This document shows, one piece after another, positions 10,328 to 23,212 of a DNA stretch of 64,000 nucleotides. This stretch comes from Eledone cirrhosa (lineage: Eukaryota), in assembly GCA_964016885.1 (NCBI GenBank), contig OZ024744.1:44144001-44208000 (forward strand), read 5' to 3'. The notes below the pieces were generated by a model. That model saw only the letters and a list, made by a program, of their open reading frames with translations, did no database searches and had not been told where the DNA came from. The first letter of the stretch is position 1. The number at the start of each line of letters is the position of its first letter. Position numbers and translations under genes: made by a program.

Positions 10328-13300
10328 CTAGCAAATGCCCCCCTGTCCATTGGACAGTGTTAGTTCTTGGTTGAACTGCAGTCTTAATGGTGAAATTCCG
10401 TCTTGTCGATGTTTAACATGGAGGATAATGTTACGTGATCAAATCTTTCAATCAAAAATGAGACGGTATTCAAAAAGAGCATGTTTTATTTACAGATATC
10501 TGTCATTAAAACGTGAAAATTATAGAAATATCGAAAATAGAAAATAGAGAAAAATGGAAATATCGTTTGGAATGTCGTTTAATTGACTGAATTGCTGAAG
10601 AATCGGTACAAAAAGCATAGACGACAGTTCGGTTGACATGAAGGCAGTCTGTAAGAAACTACATGTGTAATTGAATTATGAAATAACCTGGGGCATGTGG
10701 AAGGCTGTCCATTGAAATGAAAAAATGGTTGATTTAATCAATGGGCATTTGTTGGAAGAGTAACATTACCTATTGTGAAAAGTAAGTAATCGCAATAAGG
10801 ACCAACCTGAAGGGGCTTTCATCTCCACTGAAAAACTATTGGAGGGCTGCCTTGTAAACCGCATTTTTTGAAATCTTCCGGGAGCTTAGTAAAATAGATT
10901 GGCCGAGTTTCCAACTCTTGAACATCCCACATACAGTTGCCTGTGTGAAAAGCATGGAGTACTGATGTCCAGCCCAACCACTTTTAGTGACTGCCCCTGG
11001 GCTTTGTTAATGGTTATTGCAAAACTTAATCAAATGGGGAATTGGACTCTTTTCATCGGAAAGACACAGTCAGTTGGAATAAGTGGAAATCTGGAAATAA
11101 AAACAGAGTCGCTAGCGCTTTTTCCCTAATGATTGTAGCCTTGAGAACGTCATCCAACATTTGCGTTATAACCAAGCGTGTGCCATTGCAAAGCTGAGGA
11201 GGTTCCAAGTTTCTCAAGAGTATGATGGGACTTCCAAGTCTTAGGCAGAGTTTATGCGGTGGCATTCCCGATGGTTCTTGTGAGTTTAAAACCTCTGTTG
11301 GATAAAACGTTACTTGCGTCGGATCAGTAATCAAATCAATCGAAGCATAACATCGCTCTTGGGAAGGAAGTTGACGAAGCAGACATGTGTTAAGAGCTTG
11401 GACGGTGGTATTTGTAGGAGCTAAGATGGCCCTTTCACACATCCATTGATGACTGACGTAATTTGTTGAGAGGTCGGGGTAAACTCTTGTGCAAATGTCT
11501 TCAGGGCTGGAGATGTAGTTACCGATGGTACTTATGTCAACCAAACCGTTTACGTCGATTGGTAAGTTCCCATTACCAGCATCCAATAACTTTGAAGTAA
11601 AGTAATTGACACCGTCTTGTTGGTGGAGAATCGATCGCATGTTGATGGTTAACTTTCTCGACTGGACGAAGCGCCAAAGATGAGAATGTTTAATGCAAGC
11701 ATCTATTTCATCAACTGGTTGGCTTTTGGGACAATGGGAAGAGTTTGACGAAAATCCCCAGCAAGAAGCAGAAGCTGCATCAAGTGCATTCTTGTGGGAT
11801 ATTGTTGCCTCGTCCCAGACAAATTTGCATTTTTGAAAGACAGCAGCCTCATCAGAATTCTTCTTTATATTGGTGGTCAGATTTTCAACATGACCGATGT
11901 TAAGAGGAAGCTTAAATGTTGAATTGACTGTTCTGCCGCCGTCTAGCAGTGTTGCTGCTATTTCTGAAGACGCCATTGCAATGGCAATCTGTCCACGTTG
12001 GTGAACTTTGGCAAGAAGGAGGTTGAGGAGAAATATCTTTCCTGTGCCACCTGGCGTTTCAAGGAAGTGGATGCCACCGCTGGTGTCTTCAAGCATGGTC
12101 AAAACAAAAGTATAGACATCAGCTTGTTCAAGATTCAAAAGTTTTTCTCTTTCTTGAACATAGGACAAAAGCCTGGAAGCATCGTAGCATGTCTCCCTTA
12201 GTAGGGGGCGGTTACAAACAGCCTCATTTTCTCTTTTAGGAGATTCCATACAGTAGTTCTTCAAGGGACGACCACCCATTTCCAAAAGTATAAGTATATC
12301 TTCTAGGAATATGAGACCGCAGGTGTACATTTCAGGTGTAAACTGTAAATTCATGTGTGTGGACACGAAGCGAGATTGCATTAGGATGTCCAAGCACAGG
12401 CTGTCGCGATATTTCTCCCTGAAAGACTGTGGATTCCAAAGACTGCAGTACTCCAGCATAACGACGAAAAGCTTACGAAGTGCAATTGGTGACTGTAACA
12501 TTGATGCTTCATGGAGGTCGTGGTCATAGTGATCATTGTCCAGAAGGCCTAATTTGGAGCAGGCCTCTTTAAATGTTGAACAAATATGGCCATTGGCGGT
12601 ACGAAGGTCTTCAAAGGAAGTTGGACCTTTGACAAGGTGCAATAGAAGACGAAAGAATAGAAGGTGAAAGCATTCTGAATTGAGCGGGTGAACTGTGTAC
12701 ACTCTTGAGAGGGCATCAGACTCACGCACCGAAGCATCCCTTTGTGAAATGCATCCTCGCTTTCTTCTTTGAAGATTTATTCCACGTGTAGAATGTAGAC
12801 AACTCCGCATAAAGCAGTGTTCTGGCAAGAAACTCAGAAGTACAAAGTTCAAAGAATCCGGTAAGGGTCGTTCTTCGAGGTTGTCTTGCACAATCAAGCA
12901 TATTTTCTTGGTTAAAATACACCCGTTGACCATTCTCCAAATGAACGCTGAGGTGAATAACTGCAGGTTCACGTTCATGGATCGGAAAACGGAATATGCG
13001 CCAAAATGCCTCGTTAGAAGAGATGTAGCATCCAGTTTGGAAAAACGTGACCTCATCTGTGGCGGCATCAGGGTTATCGGTCTTAGCCAACTCAATAAAT
13101 GCTCGATCGGCTCCCTTATGAACATACTTGCAGATGTATTGGATTGATTTTACGGAGTTGCAGAATTCAACATTAAGTGGGCTGAAAACATTTTACAAAG
13201 CACCTTGTTATGTGGTACAACACATCGGTTGTCGATATTGAAATCTTGACCACCAACCATTGTTATGGTTGCCGTATGTCCACCCTCCTGTGGTGCCCTG

Positions 13301-13985
13301 CGACGGTATAAATGGTAGCCATCATCACCAGCTTTGGTTTCATGGATGAGTTTACGTGGGTAACGCTTTGTACATTTCTCATTATCGTACATGCAGATTT
13401 TGTATTTAGGTGGCCACACGGCCCATGGATCATGTTGGCTTTTATAATTTGAAAAAAGACAGGGTCGTCTTGGGATTTGGCAATTCAGCACGTATAACGG
13501 AATCAACATCAGTTGATATGAGCTTTTTTTGAAGCCAAAGGAGAATATGGGTATGTGGGCGTCCTCTCTTCTGCCATTCTACGGTGTACATGAAACACCT
13601 TATTGGTCCAAAAAGTTGTCCGTATTTTATAACATCCATCATTTTCATAAGCTTTAGGTGAAACACTCTAGATGTGATTTCATGCCTGTGTGAAGGATTT
13701 TGGCCATGAAGAAAGTGAGCCTGGGTGTCAAACCATTTTGGATTGCATGTGAAGGTGATGAAAAGATCAGGACGGCCACAATGGCGGACATAGGTCAGAG
13801 CATCCTGCATTTTTTCATGCATGTAACGGGGGCCTCCAGTGTATGACGATGGGAGAATGACAGAAAGCCCAACATCCGAGCAATAACCTGATCATTTCGG
13901 TTGACTTCGTCACGTAGATGGCCGTATTCTTCTGAACGCAGTTCCTTTGATGGTGTCTTATCCATTGGAGGCGTTCAGTGTCAAT

Positions 13986-14074
13986 CTGGAAAAGGAAGAA
14001 ATTGTTGTGGTAAATATTGAGTGAACTGGCTAAGGAAATTTTCCAAACGAAATCATAAAATAAGAAATAGTTAC
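13986..14074 (-). other. 89-nt GT-AG intron in Helitron Rep region
   Basis: aag|gtaact..ttccttttccag|att; removing it joins YCVDVFVK to IDTERL, matching the Helitron VDxxxKIExERL motif. Confidence 0.75.
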
Positions 14075-15159
14075 CTTAACAAATACGTCTACACAGTATT
14101 GATTGAGGAGCATCCGTGTTCTATGCAGAATGTTGATGTCGTTTTTGCGAACCATAAGCCTAAATGCATAAAATTCCATTTGCGAAATGGTTTTCCGTGG
14201 TTGAAGATGCATTAAAGTTACCGGATTACACTTTGGCAAGTCAATGCGGTAGCCATCATCGCCAAAGGGGAACAGTCATGGATATTGGAGGGCATCATAT
14301 GCAGGATGAAGTTCATTTATTTTTTGAAGACGCGAGTGCTGCCATTCAAGAACAATATCACGGTTTGAAGCACTCTCATTAGGACTTCTAATAAGCACCG
14401 CAACTTCATAGGTTTGAGGTCTGTTAAAGCAACCCTGATGCTGCCCTGGTGGAGCGTGGTCACCTCGAATGACAACCTTGAATTGATTGGTGTTATCAGC
14501 TCTACAGTGAAAAGCAGTTTTGAAAATGGTGACGTAGGTTTTATGGTATGAAGCATATATTGAAGGGACTGCAGAGGAAAAGGGATTGTTCCTTTAACAA
14601 CTGACGCTCTTCGTGCAGTTTCTTCAGGTCCGTTCCCCATAAAGTAAATCTGGAGAAAACTGTGTTCATCGCCATCTTGTGGAATAATGGAGCAAATTTG
14701 ATGGTAAATTTGGCCTTGCACTTTGAATGTGGGCATATAATTTCCATGTTTTATTGGTGTATGACCAAAGCTTGTCATTTGGAAAGCCAAATTGTAGGCT
14801 CTTATATTTCTAAGAAAGTGTTTAGAATCAGGGTGTCTCCAAGCAGCAGAGAATTCAAAGGTTCGGCACCGACTTGTAAATGAGGCAATCTAACCGTTCC
14901 ATTGGAGCAGCATATACCGGTAGATTCCGCTGGTCACCTCATTGCGTTACAATGGACGCAAACAGTTGACATGCTACCAATGATGATATGTGGGTGGGAT
15001 GCGTAGTCCTCTTGGAGGCTGTAATGAAAAGCCTTCTTAGACCAGTAACAGGAAGAAACCCTCGGAAAGACATGAGAGCGCATTTTCCGTTGAGAATCAG
15101 CCGCAAGCCTTGTTGCCCTTTGGTCAACAGTCTCTAAAGCACGGCTATTTGAAGCAGAA

Positions 15160-15452
15160 GCAGCATCGCAAGCAAGCCGGAGTTCTGCTTGTTCAGCAGT
15201 CTGTAATGCTCTGGCCTTCGAAGTAGAAGTAGCATTGCGAGCAAGCCGGAGTTCTGCTTGTTCAGCAGTCTGTAATGCTCTGGCCTTCGAAGTAGAAGTA
15301 GCATTGCGAGCAAGCCGGAGTTCTGCTTGTTCAGCAGTCTGTAATGCTCTGGCCTTCGAAGTAGAAGTAGCATTGCGAGCAAGCCGGAGTTCTGCTTGTT
15401 CAGTTGTCTGTAATGCTCTGGCGATCGAAGTAGAAGCATCATTGCGAGCACT
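15160..15452 (-). repeat. 69-bp coding tandem repeat (~4 copies, ARALQTAEQAELRLARNATSTSK)
   Basis: Visible period 69 in Helitron N-terminal ORF. Confidence 0.9.
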
Positions 15453-15792
15453 CCGTAGCATACATTGTTCTTCTGCCTCGCTTGCGCGCAAAGAACGCTA
15501 AGCAAAAGCATTTCTTCTTTTTCTTCGAATGTGACTCTTGCTTTTTCGAGGCATTCTATGGAAAATCTGTAATTGAATAAATCTGAAACAAATCAAATCA
15601 AAGAAATTTACCTCGTTTCTGTTTATGGGAGTTCTAATATTTGCAGGTATATATAAATATACCTGTAAACATATGCATGTATTTATCTATGCATATATGT
15701 ATATATAAAATATATACATATATAAATATACCTGAAACATATGTATGTATTTATCTATGCATGTATGCATATATGAAATATATATATATATA

Positions 15793-15986
15793 TAGGAAAA
15801 AAGTATGACCCCGACGGCTGAGCTCAAGCCGTTTCGACGGCTATTTCTGAGTCAAGAAATAGCCGTCGAAACGGCTTGAGCTCTGCCGTCGGGGTCATAC
15901 TTTTTCCTATTTCCCACTCTACTACCCTAAGTATTGATTACTCTGGTACGTTATGCTCCATCCGGTTCCTTACCATAATTCCTTTG

Positions 15987-15989
<3 letters not shown>
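15793..15989. repeat. Palindromic module E, copy 4
   Basis: ggaaaaaagtatgaccccgacggc..gccgtcggggtcatactttttcc. Confidence 0.85.
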
Positions 15990-16050
<61 letters not shown>

Positions 16051-16329
16051 GAGTTAAACAAGATTCAATGAGTACATCAAAGAATGAGTTTTACAGTAGA
16101 TTGGAAAATATTTTCCAGAGTTATTAATATTAATTCAAATATTAACAAAAATAGATATTCTTGTGATTAATTAAATTATATTATACATATTTCAGAAGTA
16201 CTGAATTAAATTCAACAGTACGTCCTCGTCATATGAAATGAAATTTTACATGACAAACCCTGGCATTGTAGATGGTTAAGATTTAATCAAGGTAGTGATT
16301 AACTTATGAGAAATCTCAATATTTATACC

Positions 16330-17075
16330 CTAATATTGAGAACATGAGAAAACGTAATAGAATCAATAGAGAGAGTGTGTGAGTAATATATTTTAAGAAA
16401 TACATTGCCTTAATGCAACAGTTATAGAATATTAATATTTAAAATACTACTATACAACTATGGAGTAGTGGAAAGTATAGAGCAAGACGTAGCTTAAGTT
16501 ATAACTTATTTAGTATTTAGCTTGAGAAGACAAATGACAGATAATTATATATACATATATATACCTGTAAACATATGTATGTATTTATCTATGCATGTAT
16601 GTATATATAAAAAATATATATATATAAATATAACTGTAAACATGTAAGTATTTATCTATGCATGTATGCATAGATAAAATATTGTCATATTTACAAAAAT
16701 ATTTTTCTAATATCGTGTTTAATATTTTATATTGTCTTCTGCTTCTCTTCCATTTCATCACATGTGGTTACTTACTGTCTCACTCTCTCTCTCTCTCTTT
16801 CTTTCCCCTCTCACACAGCCTCTTCTTTCTCTCATTTTTTGCCAGTCCCTTCTCTCACACAGCCTTCTCTCTCTCTTCCCCTTTTTTTTGTCTCTTTCTT
16901 TATGTCGCTGTTTCCCTCCTACAGACATTCTCTCTCTTACTTTTTCTGTCCCTCTCTCTCTTGTATTCTGAACTTTCTACTTCCTTCTCAAATCATTAAC
17001 TCTCAACCAGAGACTGATATACTACAGAACCTACTTCGAATGCAAAGTCCCAAAAGGATTAGAAAAATAGCGATA
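16330..17075 (-). repeat. Segment duplicated at ~21397-22100, includes Helitron-1 5' module
   Basis: Near-identical text (ctaatattgagaacatgag..cagaacctacttc). Confidence 0.75.
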
Positions 17076-17310
17076 TATATATATATAAATATACCTGTAA
17101 ACATGTGTATGTATTTATGTATTTATAATATATATATATATATATATATAAGAATTAAAATACTAGAGCGTGTTGGAGTTAAACACCCTCTTCGTATTAT
17201 AGAAATGACAGTAAATGTATAGCTCAATGTAATTAAACAGAGCCGAAGAATTATGAAAATATTATGAAAATAAAACAAAGAAGCCTTCAATATATCAAAA
17301 GTCTTTATTA

Positions 17311-17348
17311 GCCAACAATGTTTCGTCCTATTAAGGACTCATCAGGGC
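17311..17348 (-). ncRNA. Minimal type I hammerhead ribozyme (probable pLTR of PLE family C)
   Basis: Minus strand gcc-CTGATGA-gtcct taat aggac-GAAA-cattg-TT-ggc. Confidence 0.85.
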
Positions 17349-17769
17349 AATTAAAGCTATAAGAAGCACTATCGGCCAATACAAGCCAAAAACTCAGAAG
17401 AATATGGAGTGTACATACATTAAAGCATAGGAAAATTATCGGGTAAAAATTATCAAGTAAAAATTGCTAAGGAATTGAATATCATTTTGAACCATATTAC
17501 AAATATAGTTCAATGCAAAAACTAAAGCTAAACAAAGGGGGTGATATAGAGCGGGAATTATTGTACTATATATAATATAATATAATATAATATAATTGAT
17601 AATGATAATAATAATAATAATATTAAAAGGCCCAATATACATATATATATATATATACATATGTACACATATATACATATATATCAATACACATTTCCAT
17701 CAATACAAGCACAAACTAACCCTTATTAAGAGTTTATATGTAAATAAGAATAATAAGAATAATGAGAAT

Positions 17770-18012
17770 AAGAATAAAAATAAAAATAAAAATAAAAATA
17801 AAAATAAAAATAAAAATAAAAATAAAAATAAAAATAAAAATAAAAATAAAAATAAAAATAAAAATAAAAATAAAAATAAAAATAAAAATAAAAATAAAAA
17901 TAAAAATAAAAATAAAAATAAAAATAAAAATAAAAATAAAAATAAAAATAAAAATAAAAATAAAAATAAAAATAAAATTAAAAATAAAAAAAAAAATAAA
18001 AATAAAAATAAA

Positions 18013-18043
<31 letters not shown>

Positions 18044-18075
18044 TAAAAATAAAAATAAAAATAAAAATAAAAATA
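17770..18075. repeat. (AAAAAT)n hexanucleotide repeat
   Basis: Direct inspection. Confidence 0.95.
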
Positions 18076-18432
18076 TAATACATATATTATTTACAGTATA
18101 AAATGAAGAAGAAATGATTAAAAGTAAACATAATATATAAAAACAAATAACGAAACGAAATTAAATTTCGTTTCGTTTGTAACTCACTTTTGTATGACTG
18201 ACGCTTAAACAATTAAGTTAAAAATGTACATCTACATATGCATACTGAAATACTAGTGTGTATATGAATACACACACGTATACATATGTAGGTGTACCAA
18301 GTCTTTCACTGGTCGCTTTACAGTGAGCGGCCCAGCTATTCTGTATGTAAACACACAGACAAACCGGTTTTTAGAGTCATACTGGTTTTTGGGGGAACAC
18401 CTTCCCCCTATTCTCCAGAAAGCCAGACAAGG

Positions 18433-18477
18433 AATATTGAACTAGTTTCGTTGTTGTTACAACTCATCAGCAATATT
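18433..18477 (-). ncRNA. Type I hammerhead ribozyme (467 family)
   Basis: Same motif as 3621-3665. Confidence 0.9.
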
Positions 18478-18600
18478 TACCTATCTACCGGCCTTTCTGG
18501 AGAATTGTCTGGAATTAGTCTGCCCACTACTAATTTTCATAGAAAAAGCATATAACGATATGTGCTTTTACAATTCTCCAGAAAGGCCGGTAGATAGGTA

Positions 18601-18645
18601 AATATTGCTGATGAGTTGTAACAACAACGAAACTAGTTCAATATT
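18601..18645 (+). ncRNA. Type I hammerhead ribozyme (467 family)
   Basis: Same motif as 4639-4683. Confidence 0.9.
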
Positions 18646-19067
18646 CCTTGTCTGGCTTTCTGGAGAATAGGGGGAAGGTGTTCCCCCCAAAACCAGTATG
18701 ACTCTAAAAACCGGTTTGTCTGTGTGTTTACATACAGAATAGCTGGGCCGCTCACTGTAAAGCGACCAGTGAAAGACTTGGTACACCTACATATGTATAC
18801 GTGTGTGTATTCATATACACACTAGTATTTCAGTATGCATATGTAGATGTACATTTTTAACTTAATTGTTTAAGCGTCAGTCATACAAAAGTGAGTTACA
18901 AACGAAACGAAATTTAATTTCGTTTCGTTATTTGTTTTTATCGTCTCCGCTGAACCGGTGCGTACTCACACTCTATGCAACTTAGTCTGCCCACTACTAA
19001 TTTTCATAGAAAAAGCATATAACGATATGTGCTTTTACAATTCTCCAGAAAGGCCGGTAGATAGGTA

Positions 19068-19111
19068 AATATTGCTGATGAGTGTAACAACAACGAAACT
19101 AGTTCAATATT
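19068..19111 (+). ncRNA. Hammerhead ribozyme (467 family) with 1-nt stem II deletion
   Basis: CTGATGA-gtgtaacaacaac-GAAA-ctag-TT. Confidence 0.7.
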
Positions 19112-20607
19112 CCTTGTCTGGCTTTCTGGAGAATAGGGGGAAGGTGTTCCCCCAAAAACCAGTATGACTCTAAAAACCGGTTTGTCTGTGTGTTTACATA
19201 CAGAATAGCTGGGCCGCTCACTGTAAAGCGACCAGTGAAAGACTTGGTACACCTACATATGTATACGTGTGTGTATTCATATACACACTAGTATTTCAGT
19301 ATGCATATGTAGATCTACATTTTTAACTTAATTATATAATATATAATAAACTATATAATTATATAATAGATAATCTCCGGTTAATTTGCACAAACAATAT
19401 AAATGTTACAATAACACTATAATAACAATATTATAATATAATGGCATATAACTTAACAAACCATATAGAGTTACAGACCGGGTGAGAAAAAATATTGTAC
19501 AGAGCTAAATTATGTTGGAAAAATTATGTTGGAAAAATATCAAAACCATTGCAAGAAAACAGATGGAGGTCACATTTCTCTACAATTGGTGTAAATAAAT
19601 ATTATCCAAACATTACAAAAATTATTAAAATATAAACATATTACAGAATTTACAAAATTTAACATAACATAATGGTACATTTAATAATCGGTAAATAATA
19701 AAGATCAGTAGTACGTTTACAAAGAGTGGAATGATATAAAAATTTCAATATAAAATATTGAACATAGTATAATATACATAATTACGTGGTTGGTGGACAG
19801 ACATTTGTGAATAAGTGAATAAGAACCAGACAGAAAACTACGCACGGTAGTATAAATATATAAATAAAATCAACCGAAAATCGAAAAACAAAAGCAAAAG
19901 TATTTACTTAGGTGTCACATGCAGTTAAGTAAAAAATTTAGGAAACAAACCCGGATAAATGACTAGAAAACCCTATTAAATTAATTAATATTGAAAGTAT
20001 TTAAAATACATAAGTCAATACAAAATTAGCTATGGTTTAAGTAATCAAAATCTCCAAAGTTTAAGATATCACTATAAAAATCTCTGGAAAAGAATGAAAT
20101 ATTCTACTATCAGTTGAATAACGTTATCTAATAAACGGACTTTAAGTAGAATTATGGTAGACCAATGGGGACAGAAAAAAGAAATGTATGGAGGATACGA
20201 AGGAGCATTAAATCATAATCAATATACTGTATTATACAATAGAAAGGAGCATAAAAGGGAATTGAATATAATTATAGTATATTTGAAGGGGCGAATGACA
20301 AGTGTGTGTGGCGGGGGGGGGGGGGGGGGGGTAATTATCCAAAGAAGAATCCAAATAAAATAAAATAAAATATATAATCAGATATAAACTCATAAGGTGT
20401 TAATAGTGAAAATATAATAAAGATATGGTATAGTAGCCAAAGGACTATGAAAGCTAGAATGAAAAGCTGTTAAAAACCAATAATAATAATAACGATAATG
20501 ATGGTGGTAAACAAATCGAACCTAAACTAAAAAGATAAGGGAATATAGCAGCTAATGGATACAATTTACATTACTAGAACCTTTAGGTTTATAATAAAAG
20601 TAAGAAT

Positions 20608-20785
20608 TTAAGTGGCGTGGGGGCAAGAAGAGAATATCTCAGACTTTCTATTAAGTAAGGTTTCCCTAGAGAAAATGATAGAGTGGGTCTCAAAGATACA
20701 GAGATTACAAAATTTAGTATGTGTTGAAAGGTTATTAGAGCGTGCTACTATTCGCCAATTAAGGCTATATGGTATATTAGGATAT
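20608..20785 (-). pseudogene. PLE family C GIY-YIG endonuclease C-terminal fragment
   Basis: YSLNWRIVARS..CNLCIFE..I..LLNRKSEIFSSCPH aligns by eye with the end of the 28369-29019 ORF (YKLHWEILARA..CDLC..E..ILNKKSEAISACKH). Confidence 0.75.
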
Positions 20786-21068
20786 ATATATATATATGTA
20801 GAGGTTATATTTAATTTGTTGGGATACAACAAGCAAAGTATTTTTATATCTGATATAAAGCACTCAACAAATTATTGGAGTAAATATACAATATATTAAC
20901 AAATGGAAACTATATTTATAAAACCATATTGACTTCATTATACATTATGTCAATATTTAATTATAAAACTAACCTATATAAGCGCACCGTAATTTGCCTT
21001 GGTGGCCCTTGAAATATGTATAATGAAATAAATATGGTTTGAGAAATATACTTTCCATTTGTTAATAT

Positions 21069-21140
<72 letters not shown>

Positions 21141-21149
21141 CATATATAT

Positions 21150-22630
21150 ATATCTGTAAACATATGTATGTATTTATCTATACATACATGTATTTATGAA
21201 ATATATATATATATATATAAATATATTATAAATACATACATGCATATATATATATATACCTGTAAACATATGTATGTATTTATCTATGCATGTATGTATT
21301 GCCATATTTATAAAAATATGTTTCTAATATCGTGTTTAATATTTTATAATGTCGTCTGCTTCTCTTCTCACAACATGTGGTTACTTACTGTCTCACACTA
21401 ATATTGAGAACATGAGAAAACGTAATAGAATCAATAGAGAGAGTGTGTGAGTAATATATTTTAAGAAATACATTGCCTTAATGCAACAGTTATAGAATAT
21501 TAATATTTAAAATACTACTATACAAATATGGAGTAGTGGAAAGTATAGAGCAAGACGTAGCTTAAGTTATAACTTATTTAGTATTTAGCTTGAGAAGACA
21601 AATGACAGATAATTATATATACATATATATACCTGTAAACATATTATGTATTTATCTATGCATGTATGTATATATAAAAAATATATATATATAAATATAA
21701 CTGTAAATATGTATGTATTTATCTATGCATGTATGCATAGATAAAATATTGTCATATTTACAAAAATATTTTTCTAATATCGTGTTTAATATTTCATATT
21801 GTCGTCTGCTTCTCTTCCATTTCATCACATGTGGTTACTTACTGTCTCACTCTCTCTTTCTTTCCCCTCTCACACAGTCTCTTCTTTCTCTCATTTTTTG
21901 CCAGTCCCTTCTCTCACACAGCCTTCTCTCTCTCTTCCCCTTCTTTCTTTGTCTCTTTCTTTCTGTCGCTGTTTCCCTCCTATAGACATTCTCTCTCTTT
22001 CTTTGTCTGTACCTCTCTCTCTTGTATTCTGAACTTTCTACTTCCTTCTCAAATCATTAACTCTCAACCAGAGACTGACATACTACAGAACCTACTTCAA
22101 ATGTTCAAAGAAAATATCATTACAAACTGACTGATCACCGAGAAGAAATTGTGAAACACAATGCTGTAAATGTTATGTATATGTCGTTAAGGAATTGTCA
22201 CAACTATATTCCGTGACATCGGCAATCAAAATACTGAGTGCAATACTTGTCTACCTTGTAGATTCTAGAAGTATTATAGTTCATCAGTGCTAATTAATAA
22301 AAGAGTCTTGTAATACACAATATGCAGCGTCATCTAAAGTGGTTATGTTTCTTTTATAAAAACATCTCGCATCCTCCTTTAGCAATGTGTAAAATTTTAA
22401 GAGAATGAGTGAATAATACGCAAGTTATAATACTTTACACACAGACAGAACGGGAGTCGATCTCATCGAAAATCTGTAATTGAGTGCATCTGAAACAAAT
22501 CAAATCCAAGAAATTTACCTGTTTTCTGTTTATAGGACTTCTAATGAAGATTTTGAATGCAAAGTCCCATAAGGATTTTAAAAATGGCGATATATATATA
22601 TATATATAAATATACCTGTAAACCTATGTA
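21150..22630 (-). mobile_element. Rearranged Helitron-1 5' modules
   Basis: Pieces match 9730-10312, 15560-15640 and 16330-17075. Confidence 0.6.
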
Positions 22631-22953
22631 TGTTTTTATAATATATATATTCATATATATATATATGTAGAGGTTATATTTAATTTGTTGGGATACAACA
22701 AGCAAAATATTTTTATACTGATATAAAGCACTCAACAAATTATTCGAGTAAATATACAATATATTAACAAATGGAAACTATATTTATAAAACCATATTCA
22801 TTTCATTATAGATTATGTTAATATTTATTTATAAAACTAACCTATATTATATTTTATTTGATGAAAACACACCATAACTTGTATTGATGGCCCTTGAAAT
22901 ATGTATAATGAAATAAATATGGTTTTATAAATATACTTTCCATTTGTTAATAT

Positions 22954-23060
<107 letters not shown>

Positions 23061-23212
23061 ATTGTTATACTTTGGGAGGGTCATGTTGCCAATAAGAAAC
23101 ACAAGCACCAGGCTTTCACTTCAATTTATTATATATTATATATTATATATAAGAGAATAACCAAGACGAACACACAGACACACAAAATAGGGTAGATAAC
23201 AACAATGAGCCA

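Larger units (their letters stand above)
10850..15554 (-). pseudogene. Helitron Rep/PIF1-helicase pseudogene (multiple frameshifts and stops)
   Basis: Colinear ORF fragments 14934-15491, 14317-14790, 14030-14239, 13442-13822, 13150-13509, 12722-13090, 11053-13125; ATG at 15554. Confidence 0.9.
10328..15640 (-). mobile_element. Helitron-1: decayed RepHel coding region and 3' end
   Basis: HUH Rep (VEWQKRGRPHTHILL, GRPDLFITFTCNP), PIF1 helicase ([30 protein letters not shown]); 3' hairpin ctgtccaatggacag ~11 nt before CTAG (10328-10331). Confidence 0.93.
18138..19333. mobile_element. 467-family retrozyme-like element, locus 3 (divergent inversion ~18508)
   Basis: ~0.8 unit minus + ~1.8 units plus; same two terminal positions as loci 1 and 2. 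Confidence 0.85.

Noticed and set aside
17596-18083. Poly-NK/IK/FL ORFs
   Set aside because: (AAAAAT)n repeat.
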